This document shows positions 32,751 to 41,351 of a stretch of DNA of 64,000 bases, in pieces; the stretch's first letter is position 1, and every line of letters starts with the position of its first letter. Origin of the DNA: Pseudomonadota bacterium. Its GTDB lineage: Bacteria > Pseudomonadota > Gammaproteobacteria > JAKAQQ01. The stretch is from the NCBI GenBank assembly GCA_027320085.1, contig DAHVLZ010000036.1, positions 32,001-96,000 of the forward strand, written 5' to 3'. The notes beneath the pieces are model-generated. The model was given only the letters and a program-made list of their open reading frames with translations. It made no database searches and was not told the DNA's origin. The position numbers and the translations under genes are program-made.

Positions 32751-33259
32751 GAGCGAAAGTCTCCCGCATGAGTCTTGAAACCGGGGCTCGTCGCAAGTGT
32801 CGGTGTGGCAACCGTCCAAGCCGGGGCCAGCATTTCGCGGAGCCGCTGGGCCAAAATCCGTCGCTCTTCTTCCCCGAGACAGCCCCCGACCTCGCATTCC
32901 TGCCCCCTGGAGCGGATGCTGACGTGATACTTCCGGTCGGATGGGCGGACACCCGCCACGACCTGGGCCCATACCCGCAAAGCCTCGAAATGGTATTCCG
33001 GACAGCTTTGGCCTTTCTCGACCACAAGCCGATCGTCGTCGACACGGATCACTTCGCGGTACCGTCCGTGGTGATCCGCCTTCCACACCCCGTATACCAA
33101 CCCACCCAGTGCGATTGCATTGAAGGCCAGAATGGGCCAGAAACCCCACAACCAGGTCATGAGCCCACCCAAGACCAAGGAGCCGGCCAGACCAGCTGCC
33201 ATCAGCCTGAGTTCCGCACCTTGCAGGGATCGGTTGGGGCTGACCACTAAGGTCGACAT
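32747..33259 (-). CDS. DUF2244-like membrane protein
   Basis: PNRSL, G.WPIL.F, E.I, EVG..L.EEER..LA; start uncertain. Confidence 0.75.
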   Translation of the reverse strand: MSTLVVSPNRSLQGAELRLMAAGLAGSLVLGGLMTWLWGFWPILAFNAIALGGLVYGVWKADHHGRYREVIRVDDDRLVVEKGQSCPEYHFEALRVWAQVVAGVRPSDRKYHVSIRSRGQECEVGGCLGEEERRILAQRLREMLAPAWTVATPTLATSPGFKTHAGDFRS

Positions 33260-33359
33260 CGACTGGAATCTGCGAAAAATAAATCGGATTTTCCAATTAT
33301 GCACGAATGCCTGTGCAGGCGCCACAATTGGGGAGGGGGTCATGGCCCCCCGGGTCAGG

Positions 33360-34067
33360 TCAATCGCACCCATCACTCCCAAACCAACTTTCAAAGCCTT
33401 TATCTAGGGCATGAGCAAGGGGATCGCAGGCGGGTTGGGAGAGGTAAGGCAGAACGCCGAGACAGGGAACCGGAAGGCTCCTCCTGAGTGTCGCCATTAC
33501 TTCCTCTGGCTCTTCAAGGGCGGGATCCACCCGGTTGCCGATCCATCCGACGCAGGGCACACCGTCCCGGTCAATGGCTTCCACCGAAAGCCGCCCCTGG
33601 TTGATGCAACCGAGGCGGAGACCGATAACCAAGATCACCGGATACTCCAGGATTCGGGCCAGATCGGCTACGGTCTTTTGTTCCGTTAAAGGCGTACGCC
33701 ATCCTCCCACACCTTCAACGACCACGAGGTCCGTCCGGAGCTCAAGCTGCCGCACGTACTCCCGCACCGCTTCTAGGTGAATTTCTTGTCCGACTTGGCG
33801 GGCGGCAATATCGGGGGAGATGGGAGGGGCAAAACAATAGGGATTGATTTCGACATCGCTCTCTTCAATGTTGATCACTTGGCGTAACCTGAGCACATCC
33901 TCGTGCTGCCACTTTCCCTGTTCGTTCCGGACGGCACCAGTCGCGACCGGCTTCATAGCACCGACACGGAGCCCGCGCCTGGCCCCGCAGCGGATCCATG
34001 CCGCGCTGGCCCACGTTTTGCCAACTCCGGTATCCGTCCCGGTGACCAAGACTCCCCGGGAGTTCAT
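33360..34067 (-). CDS. bioD: Dethiobiotin synthase
   Basis: VTGTDTGVGKT, KPVATG, VEGVGG, LGCIN. Confidence 0.95.
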   Translation of the reverse strand: MNSRGVLVTGTDTGVGKTWASAAWIRCGARRGLRVGAMKPVATGAVRNEQGKWQHEDVLRLRQVINIEESDVEINPYCFAPPISPDIAARQVGQEIHLEAVREYVRQLELRTDLVVVEGVGGWRTPLTEQKTVADLARILEYPVILVIGLRLGCINQGRLSVEAIDRDGVPCVGWIGNRVDPALEEPEEVMATLRRSLPVPCLGVLPYLSQPACDPLAHALDKGFESWFGSDGCD

Positions 34068-34888
34068 GCTGGACCCCGGACCGGCGGCAACGGAGTTGGC
34101 TTCCACCCAACTCCATAGATGATCTCGTATGTCACCGGCAGCCCCTCCCCGGGAGGGCGGCGGATCTCATAGGCCTCACCCACCCGTTGCCAGCGTGTCC
34201 GCCCGGTCAGCCCACGGATACCGCCGATGGGATGTGAATTCGCGCCTATTTGCTTAAGCTCCCGCCCGAGGTCGGTCAGACTGCCCACTTGCTCGATCAC
34301 CACCTCGGTATCGAGCACAATCTCGACGAATCCGTGCCGGGTCAGACAGGTTCCCAATGCTGGCAAATCAAGGAAATCAATAACGTGAGGTTCGCGATCT
34401 ACACAAGCCCACGCCTCCCGGAGCTCGTGGAGTGTCCGCGGTCCGAAAGTCGAAAACAGGAAAGGCGAACGACCCTTCAAGACCCGAAACACTTCGCCAA
34501 AAACCAAGCCCGGATCCTCGCACCATTGAAGCATGAGGTTACTGAAAACGAGATCTATGGATTCGTCGGACAGGGGCAAGGCCCGGGCATCGGCACAAAG
34601 AACCGGGGACCGCCGATCTTTCACCTCCTGCTTCCGACGCAGGAAGTCGAAAGCTGAATCAACCCCCAAGAGTTTTGCATCAGGGAACGCTCGGGACAAG
34701 GCCGGTTCGGCATGCCCCGTCCCGCACCCTAGATCAAGGATCCAACTGGGTATGAGATCAAACAAGACCAGACGATTGACCAGCTCGTCCTCGACCCAGT
34801 GCTGCAGACAGGCCTTGTCGTCGTAGGTAAGCACGGCTCGGTTGAATCGCTTGCGGATCCGGTGCGGGTCGAGCCTAGGCATAATCAC
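34064..34888 (-). CDS. bioC: Malonyl-ACP O-methyltransferase
   Basis: LDLGCGTG, SNLMLQW, FSTFGP.TL.EL; operon context. Confidence 0.92.
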   Translation of the reverse strand: MIMPRLDPHRIRKRFNRAVLTYDDKACLQHWVEDELVNRLVLFDLIPSWILDLGCGTGHAEPALSRAFPDAKLLGVDSAFDFLRRKQEVKDRRSPVLCADARALPLSDESIDLVFSNLMLQWCEDPGLVFGEVFRVLKGRSPFLFSTFGPRTLHELREAWACVDREPHVIDFLDLPALGTCLTRHGFVEIVLDTEVVIEQVGSLTDLGRELKQIGANSHPIGGIRGLTGRTRWQRVGEAYEIRRPPGEGLPVTYEIIYGVGWKPTPLPPVRGPA

Positions 34889-35642
34889 AACCGTTCAAGA
34901 ATCCGGACAGGAGCCGGCAAAATGTTCCCGGATCACTGAGGAAGGATGCATGGCCGGCCTTTTCGAACCAGATGATCTCGGTCCGGAGTGCCTGGGCCAA
35001 CCAATCCACCGCTTCCGGTGGAACCAGTCGGTCCCGTCGTCCGGCCACGAGGAGTAAGGGAACCTGAACTCCGTGCTGTACATCCAGACGCAAATCCGTC
35101 GTCCTCAAGATTTCGAGCCCAGCCCGCAGTCCTGCGGGCGTTGGTGAACCCCCCGTCCGCAGCGCAGCCCGCAAGCGGGGGATCAGGGTTCGCGCTTCCC
35201 GTCGACCTTGGAGCTGCAGAAAAAGGAAATCATCCAGGGTCCCCTCGTAATGGGTCTCGAGATCCCTGGCAAAACGGTCCAGAACAACGGGGGCGCATCC
35301 GTAGGCCCAGTCCGGACCGGCCACGAACTTCGGCGTGGTGCTGATGAGAACGAGTGCCCCAATCCGCTGTGGATTCCGGATCGCAATTTGGAGTGCCACT
35401 TGCCCGCCAAGCGACCAGCCGAGGAGTGCCACCGGCCCTTCAGGCAGCGCTTCCAGACAATCCTCGGCCCAGTCCGGAAGCGTAGAATCCACCGGGATGT
35501 CGCCCCGCTGCCCGTGTCCTGGCAATTCGATACAACACAGGGTGATCCCAGCCTGCCTGAGCGGCTCCAGCAAGGGGTCAAAAATGCGGGCGTTGAACCC
35601 CCAACCGTGAACCGTGGCCAAAATCAGGCGCGAGGCGGACAC
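34875..35642 (-). CDS. bioH: Pimeloyl-ACP methyl ester esterase
   Basis: HGWG, LPGHG, GWSLGG, D.LVP, GH. Confidence 0.9.
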   Translation of the reverse strand: MSASRLILATVHGWGFNARIFDPLLEPLRQAGITLCCIELPGHGQRGDIPVDSTLPDWAEDCLEALPEGPVALLGWSLGGQVALQIAIRNPQRIGALVLISTTPKFVAGPDWAYGCAPVVLDRFARDLETHYEGTLDDFLFLQLQGRREARTLIPRLRAALRTGGSPTPAGLRAGLEILRTTDLRLDVQHGVQVPLLLVAGRRDRLVPPEAVDWLAQALRTEIIWFEKAGHASFLSDPGTFCRLLSGFLNGCDYA

Positions 35643-36790
35643 AGGCTAGACAGGGCTTCAAGCAGATGGTCCAGATCGGACCGCGTGTGGGAAGCACTCA
35701 GGCTGATCCGCAAGCGCGCTTTCCCGTGTGGCACGGTTGGCGGGAGAATAGCCGGCGCATAAATTCCGCGAGCCTCAAGTGCCTTGCTGAGTGTCTGTGC
35801 TTTTTCCGCCAAACCAATCAGAAGAGGTTGGATGGGAGATGAAGAAGGCGCCAGAGGCAGATCCAGCTCTCCTGCGCTTCGGCGAAAGTAATCCACGTGT
35901 TCGTGCAGCCGGCGACGTCTTTCGGACTCTCCAATCACCCGCCGGAGTGCCTCGTGCGTAGCCACCGCTAGGGCCGGCGGGAGCGCTGTGGTATAGCGGA
36001 AGGGACGCGCCTGCTGCACTAGGGTCTCAATGAGAGCATCCGGTCCGGCAACGAAGGCCCCGTAGGTTCCGAACGCCTTTCCGAAAGTGGCCATAAGCAG
36101 TGGAACGTCATCCTGTCCAAGGTGGCAGGCCGCCACGGTACCTTGCCCGTTCTCCCCCCACAGACCGATGCCGTGAGCATCGTCAACCAAGAATCTGGCT
36201 CCAGCCGCGCAGGCAATCCGTGCCAGTTGGGCCAGGGGAGCCTGATCCCCGTCCATGCTGAAAACTCCCTCGGTCACGAGCAATGCCCTTCTCGAGGACG
36301 CTGACCGTACCAGCTGGCGAGCCGCGTCCGACACGTCTCCATGGGCATAACGACGGAGATGCCCCTGAGCCAGTCGTACAGCATCGTAAAGCGAGGCATG
36401 ATTCAGACGGTCCTGGACGATCGTTTGTCCACGACGACAATGGGATTGCAAGACCGAAAGATTGGCCATATAACCGTTTGAAAAAAGCAGCGCCCGGTCC
36501 CGTCCAAGCCAATCGGCCAGAGCATTCTCGAGTTCGCAGTGGGCTGAAGTATGCCCGGATAGAAGCATTGATCCACCGCTCCCAACGCCCCATTCTCGTG
36601 CTCCTGCGCTCCACGCCTCGATTACCGCCGGGTGAGTGGCGAGCCCTAGGTAGTCATTCGAGGCGAAGTTGATCAGCCGATGTCCCTCGACCACGATAGC
36701 GGGTCGGCATGAGGATTCGCGGATCCGGCGGATCCGGACCCCCGCAGCCAACCTCCCCGGTCGCGGACGAGACTCAATCCCTGAGAGCAT
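35624..36790 (-). CDS. bioF: 8-amino-7-oxononanoate synthase
   Basis: [37 protein letters not shown]. Confidence 0.95.
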   Translation of the reverse strand: MLSGIESRPRPGRLAAGVRIRRIRESSCRPAIVVEGHRLINFASNDYLGLATHPAVIEAWSAGAREWGVGSGGSMLLSGHTSAHCELENALADWLGRDRALLFSNGYMANLSVLQSHCRRGQTIVQDRLNHASLYDAVRLAQGHLRRYAHGDVSDAARQLVRSASSRRALLVTEGVFSMDGDQAPLAQLARIACAAGARFLVDDAHGIGLWGENGQGTVAACHLGQDDVPLLMATFGKAFGTYGAFVAGPDALIETLVQQARPFRYTTALPPALAVATHEALRRVIGESERRRRLHEHVDYFRRSAGELDLPLAPSSSPIQPLLIGLAEKAQTLSKALEARGIYAPAILPPTVPHGKARLRISLSASHTRSDLDHLLEALSSLCPPRA

Positions 36791-37766
36791 GAGCTTCCCG
36801 TCTTTCAGACTGCATCTCGGCGCGGATTCCGAGGGCCCGAAACAGCTCACGATCCGCTTTCATCTCGTTGTTCGGTGTCGTAAGCAATTCCTCGCCATAA
36901 AAAACCGAGTTGGCTCCGGCAAAAAAACAGAGGGCCTGGAGTTCATCGCTCATCCGGCTGCGGCCTGCAGACAGCCGAACATGAGCCGCCGGTATGAGAA
37001 TCCGGGTCACAGCCACCGCCCGCACAAACTCCAGCGGTGGCACCGGATCACGGGTGGCGAGCGGGGTCCCGGGCACGGGAACCAAGGCGTTGAGGGGCAC
37101 GCTTTCCGGCGGTGGGTCCATCTCGGCAAGCTCAAGGAGAAGTGCGGCACGGTCCTCCATGGACTCGCCCATTCCCAAGATTCCGCCACAACAGACGTGC
37201 ATACCAGCCTTGCGAACCCGCCGTAAGGTTTCCAGCCGATCGTCGAAGCTTCTGGTTGTCACAATTTCCGCATAGTAATCGCGCGAAGTATCCAGGTTGT
37301 GATTGTAGAAATCGAGCCCAGCCTGAGCTAGCCTTTCAGCCTGTTCGTCGGTCAACAAGCCCAGGGTGGCGCAGGTTTCGAGCCCAAGCGCCTTGACCGC
37401 CTTGATGTACTCAAGAATCTGGTCAAGATCACGATCCTTTGGTCCGCGAAAGGCAGCCCCCATGCAAAAGCGAGTCGCTCCCGCCGCCTGGGCTTGTCGG
37501 GCGGTTAGAACCACCTGCTCGACGGGCAATAAGGGTTCGGCCTCAACCGAGGTCGCGTAACGGCCACTTTGGGGACAATAATGGCAATCCTCGGGGCACC
37601 CCCCGGTTTTGACACTGAGGAGCGTGCTCAACTGGATTTCCTGGGGATTGAAGTGTCGTCGATGGACGCCATGCGCCCAGTAAAGCAGGTCATTCAAAGG
37701 AGCCCGGAATAGTTCGAGAATCCGTTCGAGGGTCCAAGGCGGGGCAAGATCAGGGGTTTCTGTCAT
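36774..37766 (-). CDS. bioB: Biotin synthase
   Basis: [30 protein letters not shown]. Confidence 0.97.
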   Translation of the reverse strand: MTETPDLAPPWTLERILELFRAPLNDLLYWAHGVHRRHFNPQEIQLSTLLSVKTGGCPEDCHYCPQSGRYATSVEAEPLLPVEQVVLTARQAQAAGATRFCMGAAFRGPKDRDLDQILEYIKAVKALGLETCATLGLLTDEQAERLAQAGLDFYNHNLDTSRDYYAEIVTTRSFDDRLETLRRVRKAGMHVCCGGILGMGESMEDRAALLLELAEMDPPPESVPLNALVPVPGTPLATRDPVPPLEFVRAVAVTRILIPAAHVRLSAGRSRMSDELQALCFFAGANSVFYGEELLTTPNNEMKADRELFRALGIRAEMQSERREAHALRD

Positions 37767-37817
37767 GGGGCCGCGAAGTCCGAATACTTTGCGGACAGTC
37801 TAGCCCGTAGCCCCCTC

Positions 37818-37856
37818 AGCCTGTCAACCGGACGATTTTTTGAAGGTTGACAGGCT
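37818..37856. promoter_or_regulatory. BirA operator upstream of bioB
   Basis: AGCCTGTCAACC-N15-GGTTGACAGGCT perfect inverted repeat matching the TGTaAACC-N14/15-GGTTtACA consensus. Confidence 0.85.
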
Positions 37857-37954
37857 CCCTGCCAATCCGGGCTCGGGAAGCCAATCCCCGTTTACCCTTG
37901 ATCCTTGGAGGAATCACGCATAAACTAGTTGTCCAACTCGGATTCGTGACTTTC

Positions 37955-39355
37955 ATGCCGCGCGAATTTTCAAGATGGCGCCCGCGGGTTTCCATGGTGG
38001 TGCTCGTCCTTGCCGTTGCAACCACCACCTGGGGAACAGCACACGCCCTGCCCGATCTTTACGTTGCCCAGGCAAACAACAAGACAGTGGCAGTCCTGAA
38101 CACGGGCAACGATTTCAATGAGATCGCGACGGTCAACACCCAACAGGATCCTACGGCCTTTGCGGTCGCTCCCATCGGGAGTCCGATCTATATCGCCAAC
38201 TCCAGCAGTGGCACCGTCACCGTGATGAACGTGGACAACGTGGTAACTGGCACCATTCCGGTCGGTGCTGACCCGGATAGCATCGTCTTTAGCCCTGCCG
38301 GGAGCGCCGGCTATGTTGCCAGTGCGGGAGCCAACGATATCTCCGAGATCGATGTTGCAACCTCGACCGTACTCCAGACCATTGCCGTAGGCGACCAACC
38401 GGATGGCCTAGCCATGACACCCGATGGTTCCCTGCTGTTCGTTTCCAATCGCGGGGATGGAACGGTTTCGGTGGTCTCTGCCCCTCTGGCAGCCAGTTTA
38501 CTGACCATTCCGGTGGGAAAGGATCCGGGTGCGGTCCTGGTTTCTCCCCGTGGTTTCACGGTTTATGTGGCCAACGCTGGCAGTAACAGCATTTCCGTAA
38601 TCAACCGGCACGAAAGAAAGGTAATCACGACCATCCCCGTGGGCAATGACCCGACCGGCCTGGCCCTGTCACCCAACGGAGGCGTGCTTTACGTCTCGAA
38701 TAGCGGGAGTGGAACCCTTACCTTGATCGACACGGCCACTGACAGTGTCGAGGGCACCATCGATCTGGGCGGTGATCCTGCGGGACTCGCGATTTCCCCA
38801 TCCGGTGCTCACCTCTACGCCGTCGAACCCGGCCAGAACAGCGTGCTCGTTATTAGCACCGCAACCCGCTCCATCACGGAGACTCTCGGTCCGTTCGCTG
38901 GACCCGAATCTATCGGTAGCTTTGTCGGACCGGGCGACCTCATTGCCATTGGCGGGGTCTACAACAGCATTGAAAACACTCCGAGCCAGAATACGCTGGG
39001 TTGCAGTGATGTCTTGGGACGTGAGCGCGACTTCCAGCTTCTGGTCCCACCGATCCATGGCTCAGTCACAATCGTACCCAGCAGCGGCCTCTTTACGTAT
39101 GTCCCGGACGCCGGGTTCTCTGGGGAGGATGCATTCAGCTTCATCTGTGAAACGGTTGCGGGCGGACCTTCTCCGGTTTCGGCACCCGCCACAGTCAGCA
39201 TTTTCGTGTCCTACCAGAACCCCAACGTTAGCAGTTCGAGCTCCCTGGGTCCCCTGACACTTGCTGGTCTGGCTCTCGGCCTGGCCATCCTCGGAATCCG
39301 GAAGCGGAAGACAGCACCCCGCACCTTGAAATCGCAGACCGACGCCCCCATCTAG
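37955..39355 (+). CDS. Exported YVTN-type beta-propeller protein with Ig/cadherin-like domain and C-terminal TM anchor
   Basis: Signal peptide; about 7 repeats of YVAN..S.TVSVI...TIPVG.DP; HGSVT...G.FTY.PDAGFSGEDAFSF; terminal TM plus RKRK. Confidence 0.85.
   Translation: MPREFSRWRPRVSMVVLVLAVATTTWGTAHALPDLYVAQANNKTVAVLNTGNDFNEIATVNTQQDPTAFAVAPIGSPIYIANSSSGTVTVMNVDNVVTGTIPVGADPDSIVFSPAGSAGYVASAGANDISEIDVATSTVLQTIAVGDQPDGLAMTPDGSLLFVSNRGDGTVSVVSAPLAASLLTIPVGKDPGAVLVSPRGFTVYVANAGSNSISVINRHERKVITTIPVGNDPTGLALSPNGGVLYVSNSGSGTLTLIDTATDSVEGTIDLGGDPAGLAISPSGAHLYAVEPGQNSVLVISTATRSITETLGPFAGPESIGSFVGPGDLIAIGGVYNSIENTPSQNTLGCSDVLGRERDFQLLVPPIHGSVTIVPSSGLFTYVPDAGFSGEDAFSFICETVAGGPSPVSAPATVSIFVSYQNPNVSSSSSLGPLTLAGLALGLAILGIRKRKTAPRTLKSQTDAPI
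39325..39353 (+). promoter_or_regulatory. Sigma32 promoter of the hsp20 pair
   Basis: CTTGAAA-N14-CCCCATCT. Confidence 0.85.
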
Positions 39356-39411
39356 AAGGCATAGGGGTGTTTCCACACCCTGCCATTTCATCGATTTATG
39401 GAGGTGTCACC

Positions 39412-39867
39412 ATGTGGTTTGATCTCATGAGTCCGTTCGAGACTGATTTCCAGTTCTTCAGTGAAATCGGGCCCTTCCGTTCGGCCCTGGAAAGCTGGTT
39501 CGCAGATTCGTTCAGCCGAGACCTCAGGGCCAGTCCGGCCAGCCGTTTCCCACTAATCAATATCGGAGAAACGGAACAGGAGTTCCGCATCCATGTGTTT
39601 GCCCCGGGGGTTGACCAGAAAGACCTCTCTGTAGAGGTCAAAGACGGTCTGATCACCATTGCCGGCAAACGGGCCACGAAAACCGAGAAAGAAGCCACCG
39701 TTTATCGGCAGGAACGCTTCAGCGGCGAGTTTCTACGAACCCTGAGCCTTCCGGACTCCGTTGATCCAGAGGCTATTACGGCCCAAGCCAAAAACGGAGT
39801 TGTCACTCTGTTTCTTCCGAAAAAGGCCGCGCTTCAGCCAAGACGGGTTGAAGTTCGCGCCGCCTGA
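39412..39867 (+). CDS. Hsp20/alpha-crystallin small heat shock protein
   Basis: FPLINI.E, PGV, ERFSGEF.R...LP, NGV.TL.LPK; SD GGAGG. Confidence 0.93.
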   Translation: MWFDLMSPFETDFQFFSEIGPFRSALESWFADSFSRDLRASPASRFPLINIGETEQEFRIHVFAPGVDQKDLSVEVKDGLITIAGKRATKTEKEATVYRQERFSGEFLRTLSLPDSVDPEAITAQAKNGVVTLFLPKKAALQPRRVEVRAA

Positions 39868-39895
39868 CCGGTACTCAAAGAGGAGGTAAGCAACC

Positions 39896-40303
39896 ATGAC
39901 CAGCCAGCAACTGAGTGCCCACGCCAAACCCCTGCCGACCGCCAAGTATCCAGACCAGGCAGCACGGCGGGAACCGGTGATTCTGCCCCCCGTGGATATC
40001 CGCGAGACAGATGATGCAATCCTTATCGAAGCGGACATGCCCGGTGTATCCACGGATTCTCTCAAAGTCGAGGTGGGTGATAACCGGCTCACCCTAGAAG
40101 GTACACTCGCGGTCGACCTGCCCGAAGCCGTGAGCTTGGTAGATGCCGATCTGCGGGGGTCACACTATCAGCGGCAATTTACGCTCGGGCAACAGACCAT
40201 TGATCCGGAAAAGATCCGTGCCGAACTCAAGGACGGAGTGCTCCGGGTTTCCCTGCAGAAACGCGAGAGCCATAGAACCCGACGAATCCCGATCTCAAAC
40301 TGA
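39896..40303 (+). CDS. Hsp20/alpha-crystallin small heat shock protein
   Basis: PPVDI.E, ADMPGV, Y.RQF.L, LKDGVL; SD AGGAGG. Confidence 0.93.
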   Translation: MTSQQLSAHAKPLPTAKYPDQAARREPVILPPVDIRETDDAILIEADMPGVSTDSLKVEVGDNRLTLEGTLAVDLPEAVSLVDADLRGSHYQRQFTLGQQTIDPEKIRAELKDGVLRVSLQKRESHRTRRIPISN

Positions 40304-40320
40304 GAACTCTGTGCAGTCCA

Positions 40321-40348
40321 ACCCCCCGCTTCCCGGGGGGTTTTTTTA
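40321..40348 (+). terminator. Intrinsic terminator
   Basis: ACCCCCCG-CTTCC-CGGGGGGT followed by a T tract. Confidence 0.85.
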
Positions 40349-40372
40349 TGCCCCAGTCGACGATGACCCGAC

Positions 40373-41305
40373 CTAAACCATCCTCTGGTGGTACCTTAGA
40401 CTTTCGTATGCGGGTGCCCCACGGACCACAAACCACCACAGGGACCATGCATCTCTGCGACGGAGTACGCGGGCAAGAAGCCTCACCAAGAGGAAAGCCC
40501 GAAAGCCCAAGACGTAAAAGGTTCCGTGATGTTTCCGCAGGTAATAAAGGAAAGACACATAAAACTCTTTTCGGAGTGCCAGTTGCATCGGCATACTCCC
40601 TCCCCCCACATGGCAAAAATGCGCGTCGGGGACATAACAGATGCGCTGTTTTACATTCCGAACTCGCCTAGCCAGATCCTCTTCCTCGCAATAGAGGAAA
40701 AATTGGGTATCCAACCCACCTAAAGACTCAAGCAGCTCTCCACGGGCGAACAGAGCACTCCCGGTGACCATGGGGACATCAAGCGGCTCTGAGTAGCAGG
40801 CACGCCGATCAGGGTAGAATGCCGGACGGATCTGTCTCAGAATGCCGGTTCCGACAACCGACCTAAGCAAGCTAGGCAAGTAATCGAATGAGGGTCGCGG
40901 TTGTCCATCTGGTCCTTGGCACCGACCGGTTGCCAGACCAACGTCGGGGTGGGCTTCCATGAAATCGAAAAGGCACCGCAGGACGTTATTCACGAAATAC
41001 CCATCGTTATTGAAAAGGAAGTAGTAGCGGGCACGGACAAACTGCAGGGCAAATTGGTGCCCCGCAGCAAAGCCGAGGTTGATCCTGCTGGTAACCACCT
41101 GGACCCGCGCATCGGACCACTCCCCGGGATAAACCCGTTCGGTGGACTGTGAACCGTTTTCCACAACGACGATCCGGAAGTCCAAGAGAGGATCGGTGTT
41201 TCCAAGGATCGAGGACACCGCGGTTCGGGTATGCTCGCTGGAGTTGTAGTTGAGGATCGAGACCGCAACCGCATGACGCTCCTTGCGGGATTCCGCGGTA
41301 ACCAT
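40373..41305 (-). CDS. Glycosyltransferase family 2
   Basis: ILNYN, VVENGS, NLGFAAG, GGLD..FFLY.EE.DL; start chosen to avoid overlap with uvrD. Confidence 0.88.
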   Translation of the reverse strand: MVTAESRKERHAVAVSILNYNSSEHTRTAVSSILGNTDPLLDFRIVVVENGSQSTERVYPGEWSDARVQVVTSRINLGFAAGHQFALQFVRARYYFLFNNDGYFVNNVLRCLFDFMEAHPDVGLATGRCQGPDGQPRPSFDYLPSLLRSVVGTGILRQIRPAFYPDRRACYSEPLDVPMVTGSALFARGELLESLGGLDTQFFLYCEEEDLARRVRNVKQRICYVPDAHFCHVGGGSMPMQLALRKEFYVSFLYYLRKHHGTFYVLGFRAFLLVRLLARVLRRRDAWSLWWFVVRGAPAYESLRYHQRMV

Positions 41306-41351
41306 GGGCGGTTGGAGACTCCGGCCGATGTGCTCCCTTACAATAGCAAAC

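Noticed and set aside
31905-33296. 463-aa CoxB with a long N-terminal extension, as in the track
   Set aside because: The extension overlaps the DUF2244 gene; ATG 32750 gives a normal signal peptide
38040-38900. Periodic sequence suggesting a DNA repeat array or CRISPR
   Set aside because: Degenerate protein-level YVTN repeats. No identical repeats with spacers and no cas genes seen anywhere in the window.
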